Source: Torpedo marmorata
Lineage: Eukaryota
DNA: 64,000 nt
Reading direction: 5' to 3'
Assembly (NCBI GenBank): GCA_977017645.1
Contig: OZ360224.1
Coordinates: forward strand, 138,322,001 to 138,386,000
Shown: positions 11,952 through 25,145 of the stretch, piece by piece
Numbering within the stretch: the first letter of the stretch is position 1
Layout of the letters: the number at the start of each line of letters is the position of its first letter
Translations under genes and position numbers: made by a program
Notes under the pieces: model-generated
Database searches by the model: none
The model's input: only the letters and a program-made list of their open reading frames with translations
Told to the model about the DNA's origin: nothing

Positions 11952-12915
11952 CCGTATTTGATGGCATATAAGACCCCCCTTTTTTTCCCAAAAAATCGCC
12001 TCAAAAACCACCCCGGGTCTTATACGCGAAGGTGACATTTTGGTGCCGCCATTTTGGGCACCGAGTGGAGGCTTCCATCCACAAGATGGCGACAGGAGGA
12101 AAGCGCTCAAACTACTCACCCAGCTTCAAGAAGTCCGCGGAGGTGCTGTGGCTGTCCAGGAAGCGGGCCCGCAGCTTCGCGGACCACCTTCCCTTGGGTG
12201 GCCCGTGCTTTCTGGAGTCGCCGCCGCTCACTTCTCCTGGTAAGAAGGCTCGCTCTCTCCCTCCTTCCCACCCGCCCGCTCACTCCCTCCCGCCCGCTCT
12301 CTCCCTCCCGCTCGCTCGCTCCCGCCTGCCCTCTCCCACCCGCCCGCTCGCTCTCTCCCACCCGCCCGCTCGCTCTCACCCACAGTGCTTTGAGGGGAGC
12401 GCTGGGCCTCGATGATCAGGCTTTGTTAGACGAGCACGGACCCCCGAGCAAATTGAATGAGGCGCAGGGGCAGGTGGCAGCGAGCGAGCGGCCTGTCAAG
12501 CTCAACTCAACAGTCCGCTCGCTCACTGCCACCCGCCCCTGCACCTCATTCAATCTGTTCGGGGGGCCTTGTGCGTCGAACAAAGGCTCAGCGTGGAGCC
12601 TGATCACCAAGGCCCAGCGTTCCCCTCAAAGCAAGCGATCGATTGTCTGCTCCCTGCAACGGTGGGCCTGGGCCCTGCCCATTTTCCTGGCTTCTCTCCC
12701 TCACACCCTCGTGCGCCCGCGGGTCCCGGCACGCCTGTCAATCAATTAGCGTTTGTACGGTGGGGGGGAAGCAGCTTGAACCTCGGCGTGCGGCGGGCAG
12801 GAGGACGTGTTGCTGCTGTGAAGGTAAATATACTAAAACAAATTTTTCCTGAAACCTCAAAATGGGGGTGGGGGGGTCCTATATGCCAGTGGGTCCTATA
12901 TGCCGTCAAATATGG
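11952..12915 (+). mobile_element. Non-autonomous pogo/Passer-type DNA transposon (964 bp)
   Basis: TIRs ccgtatttgatggcatataagacc / ggtcctatatgccgtcaaatatgg with TA duplications at 11950-11951 and 12916-12917; CpG-rich interior. Confidence 0.92.
12386..12633. repeat. Long imperfect GC-rich inverted repeat inside the MITE
   Basis: Left arm tgctttgagggga...gcgagcggcctgt (12386-12496) pairs with right arm acagtccgctcgc...tcccctcaaagca (12510-12633); short loop and one ~13-nt bulge. Confidence 0.92.
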
Positions 12916-13814
12916 TAGTTAGCCGTTTTCCACCCATTCACCCTAAAATAAAAAAAAGCTCATTGCAGAATTTGTAACATAAAGAAAAATAAAGTGGTTG
13001 ACGTTACTGCACATTGTGCACATTGGTGTGTCCAGAACAAGCACATGTCATTTCCTCAGCCAGGGCATTACATTCAAAAATCCCTACATTAATACAACTC
13101 TTTGATCCTTTAGCTCTTTTTGACAATTTTGCACATTTCTGTTTGTTTCTTTTGCTTTGTTCTTACCAACTCACCAACTTTGTCCAGGGCCTCTGCATGT
13201 TTATACATTAAATTGTGAAGCAAGTGAAGATTATTGGTACTGAATCAGCAACATTGGCATCTTATGAACTCTGGAATGCCTTTTTCACAACGAATACAGT
13301 TTCTTTAAATCTAATCTGCCCACGGAGACTGAACAAGGTGAGTTTAATACGGTTTCCATCTTTTTCCCAGTTGTCTGTACTTGCATTGTGACATACTAAT
13401 TGATACACCTGAAGGAATAGTCAGTACTGAGGCAAATTTGCTGTCACCAAAAAAAAACCATAATGTCAATTTCAAGGCTTTTTAAAATTCGTACTTTGGG
13501 GAACCTGCTTTAATCTGAGAAAAAGTACACCTACACTGCAGAAATAAAAATTGCACTGGTGTGTCATGTTATCTTTATAGTGGCACACAAGAAGCATTGT
13601 GAAATTTAATGATCTGGCTTCAAAAAAAGTATGCGTTGGAAATTGCTGTATTGGCAGCAGGGGCTCATGCTGGATCTCTAAATTGAAAAAATAACTTTGT
13701 AGGGTTTATTACCTGAGGAAAGGACAATGTTTTTTACATTCCTATATTCTTCTGTAGATCAAGGAAATTGACCTGATTTATTATGGGCTGTGCCCAAATT
13801 GAGTTTTGTATTTC

Positions 13815-13890
13815 TTGACAGTGACAGCAGTTCAGTTACTTCTTTGACAGTAAGGCACTTTGGGATGTCCTTTAAGAATGTGCAAGATTT
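13815..13890 (+). mobile_element. Possible Deu-SINE 3' tail relic
   Basis: acagtgac...tacttctttgacagtaaggcactttgggatgtcct resembles Deu-SINE tails as I recall them. Confidence 0.4.
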
Positions 13891-14254
13891 TGGTCAAAAA
13901 AGGCTTGTTTTTGTTTATTCAGTTTTGGTATGTGGGAATCTTATCCTCAGTTGAATGGTAAATGTGCAATATGGCATCGACTTTGTTCTGTATTCTGCAG
14001 AAGTTATTTTATTTAAATCAATAGAAATGAATGTCAGAAATTAATATATTGTGTTTAAGCTCACTGACCAAATTCTAATTTTTAGCCATTGTTGTCTTCT
14101 GAAGCAGTACTTTTGCCTCTGAACATTATCTTAGTTATTTCAAAAGGAAAAACATTGAGTTTAATCAAATGATTTATTTAATCAACACTTTTAGTTTGTA
14201 ATTAATGACTGAAAAAGATTTAAGCATACCAGCAAAACTTATGGGAAAATTAAG

Positions 14255-15730
14255 GGATCTGGGACTGTTCGTCCCTCTGACACTGGATCCTTGACTTCCT
14301 CATCGGCAGACCCCAATCAGTGTTGATCAGCAGCGTCACCTCCTCCTCACTGGTCATTAACACAGGCTCCTCAAGGCTCCTTGCTAGTTCCCTGCTCTAA
14401 TCCCTGTATACTCATGTCTGCGTACCCAAGTTCAACTCCCAACACAATCTCTTAATTTGCAGACATCACCTCCGATGTTGGCTGAATAACTGGAAAAGAT
14501 AAATAAGAATGGAGATCGAGAATTGAGAACAATAATCTTGTTCTCAACGTCACGAGACCAAGAAGCTTATTGTTGGTTTTAGGATGGGGAGGTCAAGGGA
14601 CCACGCACTTGTCCGCATTGATGGGGTGGAGTTAGAAAGGGTTAGTACCTTCGAGTTCCTGTGACTCCGTATTTCAGAAGACCTCTCTTGGAGCCAGCTC
14701 ATCAAAGCAACCATTAGGAAGGCACTCAAACAACTCTACTTTTGAAGAAGTCTGAGAAGATTTGGCATGTCATCAAATGCTCTATCAAACTGAAACAGGT
14801 TCACTGGAAAGTTTACTGACTGGATTGGTCATTTGAGTGACCAGAAATGCAAATGGTTGCAAACATAGCGAGGTCCATCATGGGATCTAACCTCCCATCC
14901 ATCGAAGACATGTATATGAGGTGTTGCCTCAAGAAGACAGCCAACAACATAAAAGCCCCCGTCACCCTGGACACAGCACCTCTTCTTGCTGCTACTTTCA
15001 GAAAGAAGGTGCAGAAGCCTGAAGTCAAGTACCTCCAGGTTCAAGAACATCTTTCCAATGGATATCACGCTCCTGAACCTCCCCTTACTATACTAATCAT
15101 AAAATAGTCCAATACCAAAAAATGGACTGTCTGCACAACTTTTTTTTTCTTGCACAAACTGTGAATACAGTAGAGATTCAAAAATCCGGATGCCAGAAAT
15201 CTGGACCACCCAAGAATCCGGACTTTTCGAAAAATCTCAAACTTTTAAAATTTAGCGGGCTTTTCTGTGCGTGTGTGCATGCATAAGCACCACAGATGCA
15301 CAGCGGCAACAAGCGACCACAGTTGTTGACTTTATTTTTCTTTAAAACTGCTCGTTTTGATAAATGAAACATGCTGTGTTTGTTAATGAATAAACTATCA
15401 AAATTTGCCTGTTCATCTCTTGTTTTTTCCTCCTTAAATTTGATTTTTTTTTTTTTAAATTTTGCCCCCACCCCTCCCCTGAATTTTAAAAGTACTGCCC
15501 GAGAATCCAGAAAATCCGAAAATCTGGACCGACCCCATCCCCGAGCAGTCCAGATTTTTGGACTTCTACTGTATTTATTGTCGATCTTTTATATTTATTA
15601 TTTCTTTTTAATGTAATGTTTCGTATTGTATTTTTTCTTTACGAGGTTCTTGTTCAGCTGCAGCAAGTAAGAATTTTGTTGCAAATGTAAATTGTACAAT
15701 GTATATGACAATAAATTCATCATCATTATC
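14255..15730 (+). mobile_element. Rex1/Babar LINE 3' fragment, decayed, interrupted by a MITE
   Basis: WILDFLIGRPQSV-like RT coding, KTKKLIVGFR-like motif, LPSIEDMYMRCCLKKTANNIK, tail tgacaataaattc(atc)n. Confidence 0.82.
15168..15571. mobile_element. Tigger/pogo-type MITE (404 bp)
   Basis: TIRs cagtagagattcaaaaatccgga / tccagatttttggacttctactg, TA duplications at 15166-15167 and 15572-15573, repeated aaatccgga-like subterminal motifs. Confidence 0.88.
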
Positions 15731-16232
15731 AAGTAGGTTTTGCACTGGTAGATTTTCAAATTACTATGATGGTTAGGTCTTTACATCTCAACTCAGACAA
15801 AATATATTTTCAATCATTTCTCCAATATATCCAGACCTAGTCATGAATAAACTGTTGGTGTGGCATTGCCTGTTTAGAATGTTAATCTTTAATATCTTTA
15901 TAAGATTAATCATTTATGCTTTAATGAATAACATAGAGAACAATAGCAATAAAATATTAAGGATGTGGAGCCAGGTTTATGATTAATGTTCATTTTTAAA
16001 TCTGTGCTGATGTTTTTTGGAGATTCCATTGTCTCTGCTCAGCACTGGTAGCATGCCAAAAAGCAGAGCCCATTTTCTTTGATTCATATAATAATCAGTG
16101 TTACCTCATCAGCGAAACTTTGCATCAAACAAAACTTAATGCAATACAGAACACTCAGTTCACATGTTACTGATGTCACACTGAATTCCCAGAGAGCTTT
16201 GTTCAGAATGTAAAATTTTTTGAAGCTGGGAA

Positions 16233-16796
16233 TATTTCAAGAGGATGATGTATTATTGACTTCTATTCAGAGCCGAATTTTATCTTTTACTTCGTTGATA
16301 GCCAGACGTGCAATTTTGATAAAATGGAAACATAATACCCCACCTACACATGCACAGTGGCTAAACGATATTATGCCTTGCTTAAATTTAGAAAAAAATA
16401 GATAAGCTATCAAGGATTCAAATATTAAATTCCAAAAGACATGGGGCTCATTTATGGACTACTATCATAATCTTAAGATTTAGTGTTGTTATGGAATTTT
16501 GGCACTGTGGTGTCCCTCTCCAAGATGGAGTTACTTGATTTATATATGACAATTTTCAACCTTGCTTAGAGGAAGGGGTTTTGAATTTTTTTAACCTTTT
16601 TTTTCTTTCTTTCCTTTTTTTTCTTGTGTTTTTTTTGTTGTTGTTATGCTTTATTTCATTATTAAGAATGTGCTCTGGATTTTTAAATTATGATCATACT
16701 TATAATCTTTTTCTTCTAATTTTGTAGCACATTGTATAATTGTAATGTTCAATTGTTTATTCTTTAAATACCAATAAAAATATTTAAAAAGGAAAA
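16233..16796 (+). mobile_element. 5'-truncated L1 (ORF2 end, 3' UTR, A-rich tail)
   Basis: SLIARRAILIKWK...WLNDIMPCLNLEK; AATAAA and A tail; 11-bp TSD gaagctgggaa at 16222-16232 and 16797-16807 after a T run. Confidence 0.9.
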
Positions 16797-18689
16797 GAAG
16801 CTGGGAAATTGGAAATCTCTTTGGGCCTGAGATTTGTTTGTGAAATTAAGGTCAAATTTAGTTCTGTGAAAATCACGCTTTACATTATGTGACCACATAT
16901 CAGTGTTGTTCTGACACTGAAAGCAGACATGATTTCAGATGCGTGGTGTAAGGTAAATTAAGTAGCATTTGTCAAGTTCCTAATCTACGATTGAGAAAGG
17001 ACAGGGCCAGGTATGGCTTTAATGTTTCAGACTGATCAATCAACTGCACCAACTGTCCAATTTTACAATTTACCAATTGACACTCACTAAGGGTAGCATT
17101 GAATTTTAAGCACCAGTACATGTATCACCTTTTATAATCTTATTCTTTTCTAAAAAGAACAATGATACTTTTCACATTTAAATGAGAGCAATATTTTGAT
17201 GGGGATCAACTGCTCATTTGGTTGAGCTGTGACTTGCACCTTCAAGACCACAGCTTTTGAAAATGTTAAAATAATGTTTCCACACTGCAGTTTTCCCATT
17301 CAGTGTGTTCTAGGACATTTAGAATATTTGTCAAGGGAGACAGTGGAACATTTTTTAACCTAACCTCCTGGTGTGAAGCTGTCATGATTTTTTTTTCTTC
17401 GTCAGTTCTACACCTCTCCCAACTTTATAGCCTATCCAAATCACCAGAGCTGGGTGACCCAAACTTGCCCTTTTCTTGCTAGATGTGTTTAGCTAACATC
17501 ACCCCCACCAATTGCTCTTCAAAGCAACTTTTGCAGAAACCGAGAGATTGCTTGGTTAGGAGTGAGAAGTCCCAAGACAATTAAATTACAAAAGGGAAGG
17601 AAAATAAATGTTAAAAAATTCACAGTCACAATATCTGCAGTGGGTTTCTGAATGGTTGAGAAACGGGTCCATTGAACAGGCAATAACATCCAGTGTTACT
17701 GTGCAGTAGATGAAATGAGCATACATCTTTCAATTTCCATTAAGGAATGATTGTCACTATTTTAAGTAGTTATGGAAATAAAACGTAGCATTTGATGTGC
17801 AAAATCTCATACTTCCTTTGTAACCAAACATGTATCAAAGTATTCTGGTGTTGCTATGGTAAGAAATGATTGACCCAAATCAATACATTTTTTAAAAGTC
17901 TTGTTGAGAAGTCATTTATTGTGGGTGTATCTCTGGACATGCTCTAATGTGATCCTTGAGGTCATATTTCACAGAGGTCCACTGACCTCAATTTAATAAC
18001 AAAGGAAACCCTGAAGGGTGTTTGTAGTCTTTAGGTAGGCACTTGACATAGATTGACATAGAAAATGTAATCCAAGCAAACTGGATCAGCTCCGAACATA
18101 TCGTGACAATCTAAGGGTCATGAATAACAACATCCTTTCGCTGTGTAAAAATCAGCTCCAAGAACTTAAAGAATCATGTCCAAGAATTGATGGTCACAGT
18201 GACCTTGAATTGTGCTGAACTTAACTCCATTTTTCAAATCCAATTGTTTTCACATTTGAACTTTCTTGGTGATCATTGAAATGTTTGAAAAGAGAGGCAG
18301 TATATTTATTTTGTTTATTTTATTGCTGATGGTCATTGGATCAGAAACTCCTTTTTTTTAGTACTTTAAAATCACGTGAGATTCATGTGCACTTTCATCA
18401 TATCTTTAGTTGGTAAGCCTTGCATTGCAGGAAAACCGCCAGGAGATTACGTAGAAAGAAGAAAGTGGGAAGAATGGGGTAATGTGAGAAATGGGGTATA
18501 GTTTGCTTTATTGACACAATCTAACTTGGTAAATTATCATTCCCCAGTTCCAACACTGCCCGAGAACTCTCAGTGATGCATATACTGTACTTCTGCAGTC
18601 TTGTTAAATTATTGCAATAAAAGGTATCAACCTTAAGTCGATGATGCTTTTTTTTTGTGAATGCTATCCAAGATATTGGTAGAGGTAAG

Positions 18690-18840
18690 CCAATGAACCA
18701 AAGACTCTGCCTTACTTTGACTTTTCGTGCACTATTTTTATTTATTGTTGTAAGGTGGTTTATATGAATGTTTGCACTGTGATGCTGCCGCAAATCAATG
18801 AATTTCGTGACTTGTTCATGACAATAAATTCTGATTCTGA
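18690..18840 (+). mobile_element. Rex1/Babar 3' tail
   Basis: gaatttcgtgacttgttcatgacaataaattctgattctga matches the reverse-strand tails at 57385-57450 and 57590-57625. Confidence 0.65.
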
Positions 18841-19650
18841 TATGTCCAAAGCTGAGGCTAGGTCCGCAGAAAGATCATTGACCTGAAAAGTTGACTCTGT
18901 TTCTCGCTGCACAGATGCTGCATGGCCTGTTGAATATTTCCAACACTATTGTTGAATTTCAAATTTCATAATGTCTTCAGTGTTTTGATTTGGGTTCAAA
19001 TCTTGTGCTAGACACATATGCATGTTAAACTTTGCTTAATGTGGCCAGAGAAGACTACAAATAACTTCAAATATCTTGGCTTGTTGGATTTCTACTGGCC
19101 TTTGCAGGGAAGCCATCTCAACTTTGCTCAATTTTAGTTGTTCTCCTGCCTTAAAACTTCACCCATTCTCTTTCTGCTTCTTTATTCCTACTCCCATCTT
19201 TCACTGGTGGAAGACAGCAAAGAATCATGCCTTCAGATTGGTTATTTGTTTTCAGTCTATCCCCAAAGGATTAAATCCAAGAAATCTTTGATCTGTTGAT
19301 CTTTGAATATTTGCAATTCTTGAGCAAAAAACAGCTGTGGGTGCAATTCTTCCCAAATCTCTACCTTCTGATGCCTGAACTGGAATTTCCGTGGCCCTTT
19401 GTTTCGGTCAATCGACATACTTCTGCAGATCCTCCAACCTAAAACCTGCATTCATCATGAACACCTTGTTTTTATAAAATGATTGGCGGAACCTCGGAGA
19501 GGAGTGATTATCAAACCCTGGGCATTTATTGGATCTCAGTCCCATTAATTTTTTCAGCACTATTTCTTTCACAAATCCTGGTTCATTTATTTGACAGGAT
19601 TGTTACTGCACTGATGTTTTCACTTATCTGTTAGCTATTATATTTAACAA

Positions 19651-19980
19651 CCGTATATATTCGAGTAATAGTCGAGTTTTTTTAACCAATTTTTCAGATC
19701 AAGTTTGGGGGGTGTCGACTTTACACGGGTCATACTTTTGACTGTGGTAAGTACCTCGTCGTTCAAGGCATCGGGAGCTCGGATGGCCAGGACCGGGTGG
19801 TAAGTCTGCGGTCAGGACATCTGGAGCTCGGATGGGCAGGCGGTTGGGGCGGCGGGAGCTTGGATGGGGGGGCAGTCATGGCCAAACATACATGGGTCAT
19901 ACGGAAAACACGTGATTTTTGGGCCAAAAAAGGGGGGGTCGACTATTACATGGGATCGACTATTGCAAGAGTATGTACGG
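19651..19980. mobile_element. pogo/Passer-type MITE (330 bp)
   Basis: TIRs ccgtatatattcgagtaatagtcga / tcgactattgcaagagtatgtacgg followed by TA; internal ggagctcggatgg repeats. Confidence 0.85.
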
Positions 19981-20237
19981 TATGAGACAAATGGTACCAT
20001 TACACTATTGATCTATGGAAGTCACAATCATTGCTGACACTGGAGTGGGTTTGAAGAGTAATGGGTTACCTATCATCACTTATATTGCTTCCATTCATAT
20101 GGTTGTCCAGATTCTGCATTGACGACACTCTCTCTATGCATCTCTTTTTAGAATGTGCATATTGCTCTCCCCTCTAATTTGTAGGCTGTCTTCTTCCAAA
20201 CTCTTCTTCGAGCTCAGATTTCATGGTTATCTTCTGG

Positions 20238-22610
20238 TTTTCTTTTCTTTTTCAATCTTTTTATTGGTTTTTGAGAAAAAAAATCAAATACATAAATACA
20301 TATGATATAAAGTTCAGGTAAAAGTAAAATAAAATTATAGATAGTAAACAACGGTAAACAAGATACATATGATCCATGTTATTGATAAAAAAAAAGGAAA
20401 AGAAAAACAAAAAAAAATCTACAACTACCGGTAATCTAATTTCTAACCCCAACCTATTATATGAGCGATTACTATTCAAGACAGGCGTCAACTACTAATT
20501 TCAATACTAATAGTTCAGGAAATGAAGAAAAAGAGAAAAAGAGAAAAAAATAAAAAAAGACTTGATAACAAGCAAAAATAATTGATCTATAAATTTTGAA
20601 AATAATTGAAAAAAGAACCCCAAAGAGAAAAAAATTAATACTCGTTTTAGTAGTTGAGCACCTAATTTTCTCTGGAGAGAGGATTGCCATCAAATCCAAT
20701 AACCATTGTGTATGCGTGGGAGGGACAACATCTTTCCACCGCAGCAAAATGAGCCTTCTAGCAATCAGGGAAGCAAAAGCAACTACATGGGATTGAGATG
20801 GAGTCAAAATTAAGTTCATTGGTCCACTCATTCTAAAAATAGCAATAAAAGGGCTTGGAGACAGATTTATATCAAGAATTAAAGATAGTGTACTAAATAT
20901 CTCTTTCCAATAGTTACAAAGGGAGGGACATAACCAATACCTTCCTGAGTTGTACACTTATCACATTTAGAGGATATATTAGGGTAAAATTTAACTAATT
21001 GAACTCGGAATAGTGGGCCCTATGGACTACTTTAAATTGTAATAAGGAATGTCTTGCACAGAGAGAGGATGAATGTACATTTTTCAAAATAGACTCCCAT
21101 GTATCTTCAGCAAACAGTTGTTGAAAGTCATGATCCCAAACTTTCTTAATGTTAGATAAAGAACTATCACTGAATCTTAAAAGTAGTTCATAAAGGGTTG
21201 AAAGCAGTCCTTTCTGATTAGGTCTAAAATTACATACTTCCCAGATAAGATTAAAATCTAAGTCTTGGGGAAGCCTCAACGTTAAGGAATTTAAGAAACT
21301 CCTAATCTGTAAATAGTGAAAAAAATGTTGATTAGGTCATTTAAATTTGGCAGATAATTGCTCAAAAGAGGCAAGGTTTTGGTCTATATATAAGTCCAAG
21401 AAAGATTGAATACCTAACCTAGACCATTGAGTATATCCAATGTCTTGAACAGAAGGTAAAAAAAAAAGGAATTACGTAAAATTGGACTAATTAATAAAAA
21501 TCTATGATAACCAAAGTGCTTTCTAAATTGGAACCAAATACGCAAGGTATGTCTAACTACCAAATTATCAGTTAATTTGGAGAGCGAAAAAGGCAAATGT
21601 GCTCCGTATTGAAATAAGAGAATGTCTTTTAATGGATTTAATCTCTAAATCAATCCATTTTGAGGCACCTGAATATTCATTATGATGTATCCAAATAATG
21701 ATATATCTAATGTTCGATGCCCAGCAATAAAGTCTCAAATTAGGTAATGCCAAGCCCCTGTTTCTATTAGTATTTTGAAGGAATTTTTTTTTCAAACGGG
21801 GACGCTTATTTTTCCATATAAAAGATGAAATAATTGAGTCTAATGAATCAAAAAAAGATTTAGGAGAAAATACTGGGACAGCTTGAAAAACATACAAGAA
21901 CTTAGGCAGGATATTCATCTTAATAATATTAATCCTCCCTATTAACGTCATCGAAAGAGACCATTGAGATAAGGATTTCTTAACATGATTCAATAAAGTA
22001 AGAAAATTTTCCTTAAACATGTTAGTAATCTTTCTAGTAATAGTAATACCTAAATAATTAAATTGATTTTTAACAATTTTAAAAGGGATTGAGGAATCAA
22101 AAGAGCGGGAAGAATCCAAGGGGAATAATTCACTCTTCTGCAAATTCAATTTGTCACATGAGAATTGGCCAAATTGACTGAGAAGTGATAAGATCCTTGG
22201 AATTGAATGGTCAGGATTGGATATATATAGTAGAAGATCATCGGCATAAAGAGATACTTTATGGATAATTCCAGCTCTAGAGATTCCTGAAATATTAGCT
22301 GATTGCCAAAAAGTTAATGCTAGTGGCTGCAAAGCCAAATTAAATAAGAGTGGACTTAGAGGACAACCCTGTCTGGTTCCCCGAAATAATTTAAGAGGTT
22401 TAGATTTAATTGAATTAGAAAAAATTGAAGCTGTAGGGGATGAATATATTAATTTAATCCAATTAACAAATTGGGAACCTAGGTTGAATTTCTCCAATAC
22501 ACAAAAAAGATATCTCCACTCGATCCTATCAAATGCTTTTTCAGTATCTAGGGAAAGAATACATTCAGAAGACGAGATAGTAGGGGAATAAATAATACTT
22601 AAAAGTCTTT
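20238..22610 (-). mobile_element. 5'-truncated L1 LINE (RT to 3' UTR), decayed
   Basis: LSLDTEKAFDRIEW, RGTRQGCPLSPLLF, LYADDLL, GLALPN, QFKVVHRAHY, SLIARRLILLRWK; poly-T and tttatt at 20238-20265. Confidence 0.92.
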
Positions 22611-23376
22611 TGAAAACACTGGAAATTTTCAATGCTAATTCATTCTGGAAAAGTCTCCAGAAACTCTTGGAAGTATTTCTGCACTTGATTTCCTGCTGCC
22701 TCTGTTTTCAGAATATTTTGTTGTAAATGCTGCAGCTGTGACTTCCTGGGTTTCCTGGCCAGGGGAACTTGTCAACTCTGTGTTGTGTACCACCCAGCAG
22801 TATTAAAAAGGGATGACTCTATGTTCTGGAAGAATCAATGTTGGAATTGTAGGGTGTGGGTGTTCCATTTTACAGGCCCTATTGTGCCAGATTGTGGGAT
22901 TTAGGATGTCAAAACCAGGAAATTTAATTTTAACTGAAGTTATGGTATGATGCTTAAATCCCCCCATGCAGGTTTAATTGCCTGTAGAATGGGGCCAGTG
23001 GCAGTTTCATTTCCATCAATGTCCTCGGATGTTCGTCTTCAAGATGGCGGTGCCAACTTTTTATAGCCAGACTTCAAGGGGTGTGGGCGCAGAAGAAGCA
23101 GTGAATCAGCACAGAGCACCAGAGCAGGAGAACCCCAACCCTCCCCCAACACCTAGGAGGAGAAGCCTTGAAGAGAACTCCGGGGAGACGGAAAACCACA
23201 GCAGTGGACCCAGTCAGATAGGGCCGAGCCATAGGATTGCATCTGGGGAGGTTTCTGTTGTCCTGCCGGGATGTTGTCTGAAGCACTTAACTCTGTCTGC
23301 TAAGGCACGCTTCAGCTCAGGAATCGGTGGCCGAAGACTTCAAATCAGGCTGCAGACTGTGGGTGATTGGTTTCTG

Positions 23377-23937
23377 CTCCGAGGATGAGGTCTTCCATTA
23401 CAGATTATCAGACATGTCCTCTTCCTCCAAACTTCTATGTGATCCTGCCACCATATTCCCCTCTCTACCTTCCGCAGGGACTGCTCCCTTCGTGATTCCC
23501 TTGTCCATTCCTCCCTCCCCACCAATTGCCCCCTTGGCACCTACCCCTGTGACCACAGGAGATGCTCCACTTGGACCCACACCTCCTCCCTCACCACCAT
23601 TTGGGGCCCCAAACAGTCCTTCCAAGTGAAGCAACACTTCACTTGTGAATCTGCAGACTGGGAGATCGCTTCGTTGAGCACCTTGGCTCTGTCTGCCACA
23701 ATAATGTGGATCTTCCAGTGGCCACCCATTTCAATTTCCCGTCCCATTCCCTTGCTAACGTGTCTGTCCATTGTTTCATGCTCTGCCAGATTGATACCAC
23801 CCTCAAATTGGAGGAATAACACCTCATCTTCCGTCTGGGTACCCTCCAACCGGATGGCATTAACATCGACCTCTCCAGTTTCCGTTAGAACCCCCCCCCC
23901 CCCATCTTCTTCCCCCTGTCTCCTTTCCTCTTGCTCA

Positions 23938-23972
<35 letters not shown>

Positions 23973-24207
23973 CCCTTTTCCCTCTTTCTCCTTTCACAGA
24001 GCCAATTCTCATCTTTTCTCTTATCCAATTAACACCTTTTGTCTGCTGGTCTGTACTCCTCCCCCTCCCATTCTTCCCCCTTTTTCTCCTCAGTCTTTAA
24101 TTCAGACGCCTGCCTTCTTTTTGCTTATACCTGAAACGTCAGTAATATATCTTTACCTCCTATGGACGCTGTGAGCCCGGCTGAGTTCCTCCAGCATTTC
24201 TGTGTTT
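23377..24207 (+). mobile_element. 5'-truncated Penelope copy with internal deletions
   Basis: Homologous to 4371-5150 (linker, GIY-YIG, tail); hammerhead core deleted near 24130; TSD tga(t/c)tggtttctg at 23364-23376 and 24208-24220. Confidence 0.88.
23941..23968. repeat. (TC)14 microsatellite within PLE UTR
   Basis: Direct reading. Confidence 0.95.
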
Positions 24208-24712
24208 TGACTGGTTTCTGGGAACCAGGAATAGGATAGAGGATTCCTGAAGGTGTGATAGTGAACAGGCCTCTTGTTAGGGCTCGGGTGTCGGTGATTC
24301 CTAATGCTTTAGGGATTTGAAACCAGGGGTACCTTGAGTTTGGGTTCACTGCTGAATAAGTGGTCGTGCAGCTACAGAGGTTACAGGGTACCAGAGACGG
24401 TGACTTGGGAGGAGGCGGTGAGAACCACGGGCATGATGTCTCTGAAGGGAATCTCTTTGGCTTCTCCTTCTTGTTGTAATAATGGCACTGGATTAGTTGG
24501 TGACTCTTTGTTTTCCTTTGCAGGGAAAACAGGAAAGATTTTTGCATATTTTGTGCATGTGACAATAAATGGAATCTTGAATCTTGAAATTACCAGAGTA
24601 GTTGTGCAGCCTGGAAAGTAAAAAAAAAAAGGTCATTGGGTGGCCTTATCCTACTCTCATCAACTTATTAATCAATATTTTTTAGACGAATCTCTCGCTA
24701 TCCTATCTTTTT

Positions 24713-24825
24713 CCTTTTTAGAATATTTTTATTAATTTTGATTTTAAAACAGACAAAACATAAAAGTACAAAAAGCAATTGTGGAGTGTTAAGTGTAAAT
24801 AACAGACTCATTCATTAAAAAAATA
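24713..24825 (-). mobile_element. Very short L1-type 3' tail insertion
   Basis: T-rich end with tttatt; 13-bp TSD atcctatcttttt at 24700-24712 and 24826-24838. Confidence 0.7.
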
Positions 24826-24902
24826 ATCCTATCTTTTTAAATGCATAAATTTCAAAAGTATTTGTACAATATTCAAACTCTGGAAAAAACAGTGATGTCA
24901 TT

Positions 24903-25145
24903 GGGCAGCATGTTTAGCGTAGTGGCTAGAGCAATGCTATTACGGGGCCAGCGACCCGGGTTCGAATCTGGCGCTGTCTGTTAGGAGTTTGTGCCTGTGT
25001 CTGTGTGGGTTTCCTCCGGGCGCTCTGGTTTTCTCCCACCCTTCAAAATGTACGGGGGTTGTAGGTTAATTGGGGTATTTGGGTGGCATGTGCTCATGGG
25101 CCGAAAGGGCCTGTTACAGTGTTGTATGTCTACATTAAAAAAAAA
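24903..25145 (+). mobile_element. tRNA-derived V-SINE (HE1-like)
   Basis: A box tagcgtagtgg, B box ggttcgaatct, V domain gggtttcctccgggcgctctggttttctcccac, CR1-like tail gggccgaaagggcctgtt, poly-A. Confidence 0.9.

Larger units (their letters stand above)
23035..24590 (+). mobile_element. Non-coding retroposon-like element (~720 bp once the nested PLE is removed) with Rex-like tail
   Basis: Starts near aagatggcgg; ends gtgacaataaa...(tcttgaa)2 like Rex1 tails; split by a TSD-flanked PLE. Confidence 0.5.

Noticed and set aside
12478-12530. gcgagcgagcg / cgctcgctcactg resembling the AAV ITR Rep-binding element
   Set aside because: Short low-complexity match inside a TA-flanked MITE; no T-shaped ITR and no Rep or capsid sequence
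12032-12922. Overlapping ORFs up to 231 aa in the GC-rich MITE
   Set aside because: Stop-poor GC-rich and palindromic sequence; no recognisable domain beyond a short transposase-like stub
24903-24975. tRNA gene
   Set aside because: tRNA-like head runs into a V domain and LINE tail, so it is a SINE; same at 62241
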